The position numbers were made by a program, and so were the translations under genes. Positions 1-14,441 of a stretch of DNA of 64,000 nucleotides are shown piece after piece (position 1 is the first letter of the stretch; every line of letters starts with the position of its first letter). The notes beneath the pieces are model-generated. The model was given only the letters and a program-made list of their open reading frames with translations, was not told where the DNA came from and searched no databases. Source of the stretch: Octopus vulgaris (Eukaryota); assembly GCA_951406725.2 (NCBI GenBank), contig OX597834.1, positions 38,006,001 to 38,070,000 of the forward strand, in the 5' to 3' direction.

Positions 1-179
1 CTATGAATTGCCTGAAGGCTAATATTTCCTCTATTACACAAACTATCTCTGTAAGGTATATCCTAGCGTAACGAACCTATTCATCAAAGAAACCCGTGTA
101 AGGATGTATTTCATGAAAACATGAATATCTCTTTTCACTTCTTCTGTGTGTCTGTGCGTCTACATATGTATGCATATTT

Positions 180-322
<143 letters not shown>

Positions 323-690
323 TGCACACACATACATGTATATCTACTGGCAAAGAAAGTAAATTTTACCGATCAATAAATTGAAATCGATAAAATAAGT
401 TTCAGACGGAAACATATAGTGGAGTCGATATGGTATATTAAAACTGTCGAAAGCAGTGGTGCCCGGCTTAGTTGGAGTCTTATAAGTGAAACCGATAACA
501 GAGTAAAAAGATAATTTCTGTAAGAATGTGTCAGTGTGCGTGTGTACGCGTATCTGTGTGTCTATAAACACACTCCCATATTTTTGTATGTACGTATATA
601 TATGTATGTACGTATATATATTTATATATACATATATATATATGTGTGTGTGTGTGTCTATGTGTTTATGTTGCGTGTGCATGTATATAC

Positions 691-733
<43 letters not shown>

Positions 734-902
734 TATATATATATATGAGTGTGTGTGTGTGTGTTAGTGTGTGTACAGAGAGAGCGAGAAAGAAAGGGTG
801 AGAGAAAAAAAGAGAGATGGTGAGTGGGATGGTGAGATTTGAATAAGGTGATCTTACAATTAGAGAGAACGATTGATAGAGAATCAGAATATTTCCTGGC
901 CA

Positions 903-931
903 GACTTTAGCACTTTCGTCTCCTCAGAGAC
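903..931 (-). other. 3' half of a Penelope-type hammerhead motif, truncated by (TATG)n
   Basis: Minus strand reads GTCTC-TGAG-GAGAC hairpin, GAAA, GTGC, TA. No upstream core; the microsatellite begins there. Confidence 0.3.
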
Positions 932-1020
932 ATACATACATACATACATACATACATACATACATACATACATACATACATACATACATACATACATACA
1001 TACATACATACATACATACA

Positions 1021-1055
<35 letters not shown>

Positions 1056-1116
1056 TTTAGGGGTTCCCGAACATGGACACGAACCTTTGGGGAAAATTTG
1101 CTGATTCTGAAATGTT

Positions 1117-1287
1117 GGAGTAGCTGTGTGGTAAGTAGCTTGCTTACCAGCCACATAGTTCTGGGTTCAGTCCCACTGCGTGGCACCTTGGGCAGGTGTC
1201 TTCTACTGTAACCTCGGGCCGACCAAAACCTTGTGAGTGGATTTGGTAGACGGAAACTGAAAGAAGCCCATCGTATATATGTATATA

Positions 1288-1361
<74 letters not shown>

Positions 1362-1565
1362 ATATGTTTGTTTGTAAGTGTCCCCCAATATCGCTTGACA
1401 ACCGATTACGTCCTCGTCCTCGTAACTTAGCGGTTCGGCAAAAGAGACCGATAGAATAAGTACTAGGCTTACAAAGAATAAGTCCTGGGGTCGATTTGCT
1501 CGATTAAAGGCGGTGCTCCAGCATGGCCACAGTCAAATGACTGAAACAAGTTAAACAGTAAAAAA
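1117..1565 (+). mobile_element. tRNA-derived SINE family A (CORE-like box, internal (TA)n/(TG)n)
   Basis: B-box GGTTCAGTCCC, CORE-like CCTTGGGCAGGTGTCTT and tail ...ATGACTGAAACAAG. More than 10 related copies in the window. Confidence 0.9.
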
Positions 1566-2351
<786 letters not shown>

Positions 2352-2751
2352 AACTTACTTGGAAATGGATGCGTGGTGTTCATTCATATGTATGTAACCT
2401 ATATAGTACCTTTATAACCAGGGCCAATTTAGTTGTTTTTCGTATATTGAAAAAAAATGATGAACAACCTTAATCGATTTCCGAAGCTTATTGGATTCTC
2501 TTAAGAGATGTCTACATGAATTTGATCAATGGCAGAGAATTGAGCAGCCTGTCTGTTCATATACTCACCAATTCTGATAGCTACAGAAAACTGGAGCGAC
2601 CAATTTGCGTACCGTAAATGTTGATACTTTATTCTGACCAGCAGGGATTTTGGTTCACATAATATCAAGGATGGTGTAGTAATATATGTAGCTACACACT
2701 ACCTTTATAAACAGGGCTAACATATGTATGTATGTATGTATGTATGTATTA

Positions 2752-2945
2752 TATCTCCTATTTTTTAATTATTATAGATCTTCCAGTGAGGAGGGAGCCG
2801 GTTTCCAACAAACATACAAGGCTCCATCTTTGGGATGTAGTTAACACAGACAAATTCACATTTGGAACTTGAGAAAAGGCTTGCATATTTTTACTGTTCC
2901 ACTCACAGATTGCCGTTGTAACGTACGAATTAGCTGGTCGATTTG
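2752..2945 (-). mobile_element. 5'-truncated 3' end of a REL-type non-LTR retrotransposon inside (TATG)n
   Basis: Minus translation IDQLIRTLQRQSVSGTVKICKPFLKFQM* plus 3' UTR; homologous to 19340-19795; (TATG)n on both sides. Confidence 0.7.
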
Positions 2946-3060
2946 TATGCATGCAAGTATGTATGTATGTATGTATGTATGTATGTATGTATGTATGTAT
3001 GTATGTATGTATGTATGTATGTACATACGTATGTATGTATGTACGTACGTATGTATGTAT

Positions 3061-3371
3061 GACCGGGGCTTGTGAGTATTTCTTGAGCGAAAAACCTCAA
3101 GCTCCACGAGGCTACGGCAGCGGGGTGGGTGATGAACCCTGCTGTACTCTTGCACCACAACTTTCTCTCACTCTTTCTTCCTGTGTCTGTTGTACCTGTA
3201 TTTGAAAGGGCCAGCCTTGTCCTACTGTGTCACGCTGAATCTCCCCGAGAACTACGTTAAGGGTACACGTGTCTGTGGAGTGCTCAGACACTTGCACGTT
3301 AATTTGTCGAGCAGTCTGTTCCGTTGATCGGATCAACTGGAACCCACGTCGTCGTAACCGACGGAGTGCCA
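3061..3371 (+). mobile_element. SINE family C, 5'-truncated
   Basis: Matches the body and 3' end of the full copy at 56750-57125. Confidence 0.88.
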
Positions 3372-3612
3372 TGACTATTTAAATATTATATATATATATA
3401 TATATAGTGAGAGAGAGAGGGAGAGAGAGAGAGAGAGAGAGAGCAGTCTGCAATGTTTTACCAAAAGAGAAACCTATAATTGTCACTAAATGTGACTGTA
3501 GTGGTAGAACACCTACCTTGCTAGAAATAAGAGCTAAAAAGACCCAATGCTGCAGTTAAAGCACATAATTGTATACATATGTACAGACAGGGACCGTAAT
3601 CGCCCGAAAGCA

Positions 3613-3692
3613 CCGGTCGAGAGAATTCCCTATACTGATCGGTCGGTTTCGGCTAATTCCGTAGTCTCATCAGTAGGAGCCGCCCGACTCGG
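3613..3692 (-). ncRNA. Type I hammerhead ribozyme motif with intact catalytic core
   Basis: Minus strand: CCG-A-GUCGGG-CGGC-UCCUA CUGAUGA GACUA-CGGAAU-UAGCC GAA ACCGA-CCGA-UCAGU A UAGGG-AAUUCU-CUCGAC-CGG. Canonical CUGAUGA/GAAA/GUA core; one mismatch each in stems II and III. Confidence 0.8.
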
Positions 3693-4180
3693 CTTTTCCC
3701 GGGCTTGCTGCTCTATCAGTACATATGTATTCGCCATAAAAATCTATGGATGATTTAGCGAAGCGCTATACTGATGGCATATTTGGGTAAATGCAAGCAG
3801 CCGCCAATTCAATATTCTAAACTTTATTAAAGACCAATACTAAATACTTTTGTTTAATAAAGTAACATCCAGTTACTTTTCAGCTACTTCTTTCTCTAAC
3901 GTCTTCGCCGCAATTATTTCAGCCTCTCATTTGGAGTAACATTCTCCATTTGTTAGTCAGCCATCCACATTTGTCTAACAACTATTTCTGTTACCGCTAC
4001 TTCAACATTCTCTGCTTTTCTCCTGGCTTACTGTCAAAATTTTATTCGCATTTTATTGATTTCAATGCTTGTAAAATGTTCTTTGCCCTTTCCAACTAAC
4101 ACTTTCTCTTACACTACTCCATTGTCGGAATATACCATTCTTTTATTTTGTGTACCTCCGCTGCGACAACATCTGCCTCT

Positions 4181-4240
4181 TCGAACTGCCATTCTGTATC
4201 GAACTGCCATTCTGTATCGAACTGCCATTATGTATCGAAC
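4181..4240. repeat. 18-bp tandem repeat (TCGAACTGCCATTCTGTA) x3
   Basis: Directly visible. Confidence 0.9.
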
Positions 4241-4255
4241 GACCACAACCAAGCC

Positions 4256-4303
<48 letters not shown>

Positions 4304-4324
4304 ATATATATATATCTATCTATA

Positions 4325-4369
<45 letters not shown>

Positions 4370-4376
4370 ATATATA

Positions 4377-4425
<49 letters not shown>

Positions 4426-4961
4426 CAGAAGGTCTGTAAATGTCATACGCAACACACACACACACACACACACACTACATTTCTCTTCGTGATAAAACAG
4501 AGGGCAGAGACAATATATAAATACTCTTTTAAATATTATTTTAAGTTCAAATAACAATAAATAAGCACATAAAGTTATTAAATAATGGAGTAGTGAAAGA
4601 CAGTGACCAGTGGCAAACAGTCTTCGAAATAAACTACACCATTAGCAACACAGTGATAAGGAATAATGCAACAGAGATCGTTAAGTTATTCCGCCGAGGT
4701 CCACTTTGCCTTTCATCCTTTCGGGGTCGATTAAATAAGTACTAGTTAAAACGCACTGCGGTCGATGTAATCGGCTTAATCCGTTTGTCTGTCCTTGTTT
4801 GTCCCCTCTGTGTTTAGCCCCCTGTGGGCAATAAAGAAATAAATCTAGATCGTTAAATTCAAAGTAAGTAGAAAGAAAACGAAAAGTAACTTTTTTTTCA
4901 CAAAATAGGCTTGCATCAAATTTTCTTCTCAACTTACGATTTTTGTATAATTACGATTACT
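4256..4961 (-). repeat. Right arm of inverted duplication (partner 1566-2349), embedded in (TATC)n
   Basis: Reverse complement of 1566-2349; (TATC)n continues at 4962-5100. Confidence 0.93.
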
Positions 4962-4997
4962 CTATCTATTTATCTATCTATATATCTATCTATCTAC

Positions 4998-5028
<31 letters not shown>

Positions 5029-5050
5029 CCTATCTACCTATCTATCTATC

Positions 5051-5081
<31 letters not shown>

Positions 5082-5452
5082 CAGTCTATCTATCCATCTA
5101 TCCCTGTATCTGGTGGCTTTCAATGGTGTTTAGACGGCCCTGCCCGTACACTAAGAAACTTAAAGAGTACAGACAGGACTATGTGGCTTAAAATGATCCC
5201 TTCATAACTACGTATAGTTCCGTGCTCGATTTCAGTGCGTGTCAGCCAAAATGGTAAACATTACCTATAACATTTTGTTACACGATTTCTATCTTTAAGG
5301 TAGCAACTGTTTTTTTCCTATTTGCTTCCCCTAGAAACTATTAAAAAATGGCTAATATTCCTTTCAAACTTTGCTTTTGTTACATTTATTGAAATCCCAA
5401 AGAAGCCCTCACAACACATGGATAGGATGCTTTCCCATTACACCTCTCTCTT

Positions 5453-5860
5453 TTTACTTGTTTCAGTCATTTGACTGCGGCCATGCTGGAGCACCGCCTT
5501 TTTAGTCGAGGAAATCGACCCCGGAACTTATTCTTTGTAAGCCCAGTACTTATTCTATCGGTCTCTTTTGCCGAACCGCTAAGTGACAGGGACGTAAACA
5601 CACCAGCATCGGTTGTCAAGCAATGCTAGGGGGGCAAACACAGACACACAAACATATACACACACATACACATACATATATATATATACATATATACGAC
5701 AGGCTTCTTTCAGTTTCCGTCTACCAAATCCACTCACAAGGCATTGGTCGGCCCGGGGCTATAGCAGAAGACACTTGCCCAAGATGCCACGCAGTGGGAC
5801 TGAACCCGGAACCATGTGGTTGGTTAGCAAGCTACTTACCACACAGCCACTCCTGCGCCT
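5453..5860 (-). mobile_element. SINE family A, full length
   Basis: Head GGCGCAGGAGTGGCTGTGTGG on the minus strand through to the tail. Confidence 0.92.
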
Positions 5861-6178
5861 GCTCATGATTAGAGACGTACATATTGTCAGCCTCTAAAGG
5901 ACATTCACAGGTTGTTAAGGTCAAACAATTAACAAGCAAATCTGTGATATTGAGCAGAATATTTGCTATAACGATATTTCTGCTTCAGCAACTCAGAGCT
6001 GAATCTGTCAGAAATGTAATGGGAAATAGGTCAGTTTCAAAACACTGATGTCCAGGTCACAAGAGCAAAGTTTGAAGGGAATAGTAGTCATTTCCTTTGA
6101 TTTCTAGATAACAGCAAATAGGCATTAACACTGACTAAAAGCCAAACAGATACAAAGTTTGCTACAGTGTAATTTTGT

Positions 6179-6355
6179 GGCGTAGGACTGGCTGTGTGGT
6201 AAGTAGCTTGCTTACGAACCACATGGATCCGGGTTCAGTCCCACTGCGTGGCACCTTGAGCAAGTGTCTTCTACTGTAGCCTCGGGCCAACCAAAGCCTT
6301 GTGAGTGGATTTGGTAGACGGAAATTGAAAGAAGCCCGTCGTATATATGTATATA

Positions 6356-6423
<68 letters not shown>

Positions 6424-6640
6424 TGTGTGTCTGTGTTTGTCCCCCAACATCGCTTGACAACCGATGGTGGTGTGTATACGTCCCCGTAACTTAGCGGTTC
6501 AGCAAAAGTAACCGATAGAATAAGTACTAGGCTTACAAAGAATAAGTCCTGGTTGTCGATTTGCTCGACTAAAGGCGGTGCTCCAGCATGGCCACAGTCA
6601 AATGACTGAAACAAGTAAAAGAGTAGAAAGAGTAAAGAGT
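6179..6640 (+). mobile_element. SINE family A, full length
   Basis: Head, CORE-like box, (TG)n and AAAAGAGT-type tail. Confidence 0.92.
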
Positions 6641-7069
6641 ATATGCGTGTATGCGTGCGTGTTGTGCATATGAGTGTGGGGGAGTGTGTAGGTGTGTGTT
6701 CGTGGTGGGACGGGGGCACCGGATGTCTAAATCAATACATTGAGCAAAAAAAAGCCACTTGGTATTTAGTTTTGCGCTAGTTTTTTCACCTATGCCTGGT
6801 CGTCTTTGACATTTCGTCACTTACGAAATCGATATTTATAAGTTCCAGTCAAAATCGATCTGAACAACGTTGCTTTCAAGCACAGAACATACATGTGTGT
6901 GTGAGAGAGGGAGAGAGAAAGAGAGAGTTAGAGAGAGAGTATGTGTGTATTTATATATAAACACACACATGCACAAAGAGAGAAATATTTACACTGATGC
7001 ATACATACATGCATGCACTTACACATGCGCAGTGAGTGTGTGCATGTGTGCCTGTACATGTTCTTTTGT

Positions 7070-7300
7070 ACTTTTAATTCTTTCAGTCATTTGATGGCGG
7101 CCAAGCTGGAGCACCGCCTCTAGTCGAGCAAATCGGCCGCAGGACTTCTTTGTAAATCTAGTACTTATTCTATCGATCTCTTTTGCCGAACAGCTAAGTT
7201 ACGGGGACGTAAACACGTAAACACACCAGTATCAGTTATCAGGCGATGTTGAGGTGACAACCACAGACACACAATCATATATATATACACATACACTTAC

Positions 7301-7335
<35 letters not shown>

Positions 7336-7410
7336 CGACAGGCTTCTTTCCGTTTCCGTCTACTAAATCCACTCACAAGGCTTTGGTCGGCCCGAGGCTA
7401 TAGTAGAAGA
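7070..7410 (-). mobile_element. SINE family A, 5'-truncated and diverged
   Basis: Matches the body and tail of family A. Confidence 0.85.
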
Positions 7411-7465
7411 TGCCACATATATACACTCATACATACATAGATACATACACACATACATACATACG

Positions 7466-7551
<86 letters not shown>

Positions 7552-7826
7552 GAAAGTTACACAAATGCACAGTTATATACGATGGATGTCATGCCAAGCC
7601 AAAGGATAAAACTGAGGAAGACTTGGCTCAGATACATCCATGTTTTGGCTTAAGAATGATTACTTCAGTTGCTTTACCGCTTCTACAGAAGCCGAGAAGT
7701 TCGTTTGACTGCTTGCCTTTGGCCTAACTGCATACGTTTATTTGCATTTAGAGCGCAAAAGAGCTCTGGCTGTACTTTTCTTGTCAATCATCTCAGACAG
7801 GTGTTTGGTAATACTTTCAGGTTAAT

Positions 7827-8044
7827 AAGGCGGAGGAGCTGGGAGAAACGTTAGCACTCCGAGCAAAATGCTTAGCAGTATTTCGTCTGTCTTCACTTTC
7901 TGAGTTCAAATTCCGCCGAGGTCGACTTTGCCTTTCACCCTTTTGGGGTTGATAAATTAAGTACCACTTGCGTACTGGGGTCGATCTAATCGACTGGCAC
8001 CCCCTCCCCAAAAATTTCGGGCCTTGTGCCTAGAGTAGAAAAGA
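7827..8044 (+). mobile_element. SINE family B (Meta-domain-like core)
   Basis: AAGGCGG..GCTGG..GTTAGC head, GAGTTCAAATTCC B-box and GCCTTTCA.CCTTT.GGGGT.GATAAATTAAGTACC core; many copies in the window. Confidence 0.9.
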
Positions 8045-8144
8045 ATACTTTCACGTTAGAGCACGGTCATTTTATACGAACCTGTCCAGTAACTTCGATC
8101 GGCCGAGCATGTCTTTTGATATATATATATATATATATATATGT

Positions 8145-8326
8145 TCAGCAAAATTTAGATTCAGAGGAATATGGTACTTAAGTTAAAGGCACCAAAATTT
8201 TGTATGGTATTATCCATATAAATCAAATGGGGTGATTATAATTAAATTAAGCAACAAGGATATCCAAGGTAGAGAAGCATGAAACAATTGTACTACACTA
8301 CCTTGGATATCCTTGTTGCTTATTTT
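8145..8326. mobile_element. Penelope-like fold-back fragment in (TA)n
   Basis: Perfect inverted repeat AAGCAACAAGGATATCCAAGGTAG / CTACCTTGGATATCCTTGTTGCTT enclosing GAAACAATTGTA (hammerhead 3' half). Confidence 0.55.
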
Positions 8327-8341
8327 GATATATATATTTGG

Positions 8342-8374
<33 letters not shown>

Positions 8375-8411
8375 TGTATGTATGTATGTATGTATGTATA
8401 TACTTACATCA

Positions 8412-8726
8412 GTTGTTAGAGCGTCGGTCTAACAATCATGACGAAGTGAGTTCGATTCTCGGACTCACTTTGTTGTTTACTTGAGAAAGGCACTTTATTC
8501 CACGTTGCCCCAGTTTCCTCAGCTGTCGAAATGTGTTGCGACGTCACTAGTACCTAGCTGTATCGGCCCTTTTGCCTTTCCCTTGGATAACATCGGTAGA
8601 GAGTAGCAGAGTGGTATGCATGGGCGAATGCTGGTCTTCCATAAACGAACTCGAACGGACTTGTGCCTCGAAGGGTAACTTTCTCGGTGCAACTTCATGG
8701 TCACTTATAACTGAAGGGGACTTTTA

Positions 8727-8727
<1 letters not shown>
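8412..8727 (+). mobile_element. Diverged tRNA-derived SINE (family D-like)
   Basis: GAGTTCGATTC B-box followed by CTTGAGAAAGGCACTTTATTCCACGTTGC. Confidence 0.6.
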
Positions 8728-8797
<70 letters not shown>

Positions 8798-8884
8798 GTA
8801 TCGTAATCCGGGTTTTTATGCACTAAGCCACTTGGTGTTAAATGGATGTACTATTAAATTAGTATCCAACTTTCTCACCCTCAT

Positions 8885-9114
<230 letters not shown>

Positions 9115-9246
9115 TATATATACACACACACACATATATAAGGAACACTTCGCTGTGTTATTGTACCTAGCCATTTCTGGCGCCCTACGCGTTGATGTGG
9201 CTAGATTCTAATGGATCCTATAACTATGTGTGTGCGTGTGTGTGTG

Positions 9247-9279
<33 letters not shown>

Positions 9280-10155
9280 GTGTGTGTGTGTGTTTATGTG
9301 TGTGTGTGTGTGTGTAGATGATCGATGGCATCTCAACGCATATACTACCCAAACTATTGCTGCTGTTACAGCTGATGCGGCTGTGACCGGCGCCACTGCT
9401 GCTGATATTGCTGCTGCTGCTGCTGCTGTTGTTGTTCTTCTTCTTGTTGCTGCTGTTGCTGCTATAGTTGCAGTGGGATTCCACAATCTCCAATGTCCCT
9501 CGTTACAGTACTCGAAGCCTTGTACTACAGATGCCATAGACTCAGCGGTTAGCCAATAAATTATACATACATACCTACACGCACACATACAAACATATAC
9601 ATACATATGAGTGTGTGTGTGTGTGTGTGTGTGAGTGCGTGAGTGTGTGTGTGCGTGTGTGCGTATGTGTGTGCGTGTGTGTGTCTGTGCGTGTGTGTGT
9701 CTGTGCGTGTGTGTGTGTAATCAATCATCAGCGTATAAAAATGTATAAAATTCAATATCTTTCGCTCCTACTAACTCTACCACTACGATCACTATTACTA
9801 CCACCACCACCACCACAACCACAGCCGCCGCCATACATCACCATTTTTGCTAGTGCTGGAGTGTGGTGGTGCTGGAGTGTGGTGGAGTGGACATGTGGAG
9901 GTGTGGAGGTGGGGAGAGGGGGTGACAAACGGGCAGGGAAGCAAGGAGTCGTGGAACTAGTGGTGGCTTACCAATATAGCGGAATTGGCGCAGCTATTTA
10001 TAGCGGAGACAAAGCAATAGCTGAACGTAGCACGGCTTCTAGTTATGCATTAATATGTGCGTGCGTCCAAGCGCGCACGTGTGTGTAAATATATATATAT
10101 ATATATATATAAATGTATGTGTATTATATAAATGTGTATGTGTATTATATAAATG

Positions 10156-10228
<73 letters not shown>

Positions 10229-10707
10229 GTATGTATATATAAATGTATGTGTATTATGTATATGTGAGCATTCGTGTCGGATGGTTGTTTGCGGAAAATA
10301 TATGTATACAATAAATATAAACCAGTCAATATATTATTTCATAAACAAAAGCAAGGCTATAGATAATATGAACGCGCGTGTTTATGAATGTATATTGTAT
10401 AATGTGTGTATATATATATATATATGTGTGCCTGTGTGTGTGTGTGTGTATACGTATATATGCATCTATATATATGTATATATATATATATGTATGTAAG
10501 TGTATGTATATATATATATATATATATGCATATGCATATATTAATATACATATATATATATATACACACACACAAATATATATACCTGCATGTATACATA
10601 CATATATGCAGTCATACATATGCATACATGCATACATACATATTTAAATACATACATACATACATAGATGCATGCCTACATACATACAGATATATATATA
10701 TATACAT

Positions 10708-10873
<166 letters not shown>

Positions 10874-11637
10874 GTGAGCTGTTCATTCTGCGAAAGTTTT
10901 GACTGGTCTTGGAATTATTGCTGCAGCAAAGAGTAAGGCTATAAATTCCTTCACTGAAGCTGGATAAAGAGGACAAACCAATCGCTTGCTGCCAGTTGCA
11001 TGCAAGATGGAACTTGTTCAACCCCGGCTTAGTCAACTGAGAAAAGAGGGCCTGACGATGAAAGACCGAAAAAACCTCCCTGACCCCCCAGAAACATCAC
11101 TGATGATGGCACCCAGAACACTTGTTAGAGGTTTCTTAAACTGTATATAATATATATACACACACACACATATATGTGTATACGTATATGAAAATATGCA
11201 AATGTAAAGAAATGCACACATGTGTGTGTGTGTGTGTGTGTGTGTGCATACATAAATATATATAAACCAAAATTAATGTAAATACTTGCATAGTATATAT
11301 TACATATGTAGGTGTATAAAAACTGTGTTTTCTTTTTGTTTTTTTAAGTTCTGGAAAACAATGCAAAACAGTCAGGAGGACTGCAGTGAGTCAATGACTC
11401 ATAGCGAAAATTGTTTAACCTATACATCCGCACGCGCTCACACATACACACACACACACGCACACACACACTGTGGCACATGCATGCACACACACACTCA
11501 AATACATGCACACATCCTCGTACGCACGCGCACATGCATGTGCGTGTGTATACATGTATGCTTACATGTACATATGAATATATGTGTATGTATGTATGTA
11601 TATATATATGTATATACACACACACACATTTATACAT

Positions 11638-11705
<68 letters not shown>

Positions 11706-11743
11706 CATGTAAGCATGCATATACATACATACATGTGTATATG

Positions 11744-11819
<76 letters not shown>

Positions 11820-12241
11820 TCCCTAGATGTGTTTAGCACCCTATTACGGTTATTTATTACATTTCCTTTTATGGTATCAGAATCTAGTCTGCAATCCCCT
11901 TTCACAGTTAAAGACTCTTTAACTCTGTCTTCTGCATGGTTCAATAGATTCCATTGTAAACTTACTTTACGTAGCCATGCAACAAGTTCCAACCGAATTC
12001 CTACCACCGTTGCTTCCTCTTTCGCCCTCTTTCTACTTCTTTTTTTTTTTTGTTTTTTTACTTTTTCTCTTTTTTTTCTTTCTTTTTCGTCTATTTATTA
12101 TTCAGGAGGAGGTAAAAAAAAAAATAGAAAACAGTTTTATTTTTACTTTCACTCTAATAATATCTGCCATGCATTTTATGGGAAATCAGAGAGGAGGCGG
12201 AAGTGAGGGCGGTGTAGGAGGAGTAGAAGTAAATATGCGTT

Positions 12242-12290
<49 letters not shown>

Positions 12291-12467
12291 CGCGCGTGGA
12301 TGTGTATTGGATGTGAATTACGTGTGTGATTGTGTGTTTGTATGTGGGTGTGGGTGTGCGTACGTGCGTGTGTGTGTGCGTGTGCGTGTGTGTGTATGTG
12401 CGTGGAAGTGTATTGGATGTGAATTACGTGTGTGTTTGTGTGTGTGTGTGTGTGCGTATGTGTGTGT

Positions 12468-12520
<53 letters not shown>

Positions 12521-12934
12521 TAAAAAGACAGAAAGAAAACCAATTTAAAAAAACCTCATTGACAGTAGGTCATCGTTTATATTTTATTTCTACCCCCCCC
12601 CCCCACCAAAAAAAAACAAATTAAAAGACACTTTTTAAACAGCAGTTTTCTATACTTCCATTATGAACATTTTCATCATCATCATCATAATCATCATCAT
12701 CGTTATCATCGTCATCACCATCATCATCGTCGTCCTCATCTTCATTCTAGTCGTCTTTGTCGTAGTCATCCGTCCATGTATCTCTCCGTCCATCTCTCCA
12801 TATTTATATATATATATATACATATATACATCAATACATCACCGTTTCAACGCCATAACTTCCTGTACTCGTCTATGACATTGTCTTACTCTAAACGTAG
12901 CATTTCTTTCTTTTGCATGATCTGTAATTAGGTG

Positions 12935-13390
12935 AATCCAAGGAATCTTGGCAACATATTTGTCTGCTAGAATATAGTATCATATTTTTATTTTATTTTT
13001 CATTATTTATATTATTTACTTCTTTTCATCTTCATATTCCGCCTATTATTTTTACATGTGAGTGAGCGATCTCTTCTCTTTTTATAAATTTGAACTTTCT
13101 GGATATCTCTGTTTTCCAGGTGTTTATATTTAGATATACTTCATCAGTCCATTTTAGGTATATTGTGATGAAAGCGTTTGAAAATAGCTATCAAGAAAAC
13201 AATATTTTGTATACAGGTTCTCTGGAATATTATCTCCTTGGTTTGCATTTATTTCTACGTTGAATCCAACAGGAATATCCCACAGTATTGCTGCTCCGTC
13301 GCTTTTCAGATCCTTTTCTTATGTAGCCGCTTACTCGACTTTTGTTTTGCTTTTATGCTAAATATTTCAATGTAAAACCTGAGTTTGTAA
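12935..13390 (-). mobile_element. Highly degenerate R4/Dong-type LINE 3' fragment
   Basis: Minus translation includes AAILWDIPVGFNVEINANQGD, resembling ILWD.PI.TD..I.ANRPD. Confidence 0.5.
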
Positions 13391-13420
13391 TACTAAAGCC
13401 ATCAGACTGTTTTATATATA

Positions 13421-13631
13421 CTCTTTTACTCTTTTACTTGTTTCAGTCATTTGACTGCGGCCATGCTGGAGCACCGCCTTTAGTCGAGCAACTCGACCCC
13501 GGGACTTATTCTCTGTAAGTCCAGTACTTATTCTATCGGTCTCTTTTGCCGAACCGCTAAGTGACGGGGACGTAAACACACCAGCATCGGTTGTCAAGCA
13601 ATGCTAGGGGGACAAACACAGGCACACAAAT

Positions 13632-13664
<33 letters not shown>

Positions 13665-13852
13665 AATATATATATATATACATATATACGACAGGCTTCT
13701 TTCAGTTTCCGTCTACCAAATCCACTCACAAGGCATTGGTCGGCCCGGGGCTATAGCAGAAGACACTTGCCCAAGATGCCACGCAGTGGGACTGAACCCG
13801 GAACCATGTGGTTGGTTAGCAAGCTACTTACCACACAGCCACTCCTGCGCCT
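13421..13852 (-). mobile_element. SINE family A, full length
   Basis: Near-identical to 5453-5860. Confidence 0.92.
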
Positions 13853-13902
13853 GAGTATATATATTATTAGCTAAATAGTAGTATTTTGTCGATATTTTTT
13901 CT

Positions 13903-14110
13903 ACTTTAGGCACAAGGCCCGAAATTTTGGGGGAGGGGACCAGTCGATTTGATCGACTCCCAATACGCAACTGGTACTTACTTTATCGACTCCGAAAGGA
14001 TGAAAGGCAAAGTCGACCTCGGCGGAATTTGAACTCAGAACGAAAAGACAGAAGAAATATCGCTAAGCATTTCGCCCGACGTGCTAACGTTTCTGCCAGC
14101 ACGCCGCCTT
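13903..14110 (-). mobile_element. SINE family B
   Basis: Reverse complement of the 7827-8044 type. Confidence 0.9.
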
Positions 14111-14237
14111 AGTGTTTTGTCGATATTGTGTGTGATAATCTTATTCGAATTATTTTGTCCAAATTTCGTAATTGAAAAAAGTACCTCTCCTTTCGAATAC
14201 GCGGTCATATGTGCATATGTGAATGTGTGTGGATATT

Positions 14238-14285
<48 letters not shown>

Positions 14286-14384
14286 CACATCTACATATAA
14301 ACATATATACATCTTTATATACATATATTTATGCATATATATATGTGTGTATATATATATGTGTGTGTGTGTGTGTATGTATGT

Positions 14385-14441
<57 letters not shown>

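Noticed and set aside
4181-4240. Short regular repeats here and at 21815-21888 as CRISPR-like arrays
   Set aside because: Head-to-tail minisatellites with no spacers, in eukaryotic DNA.
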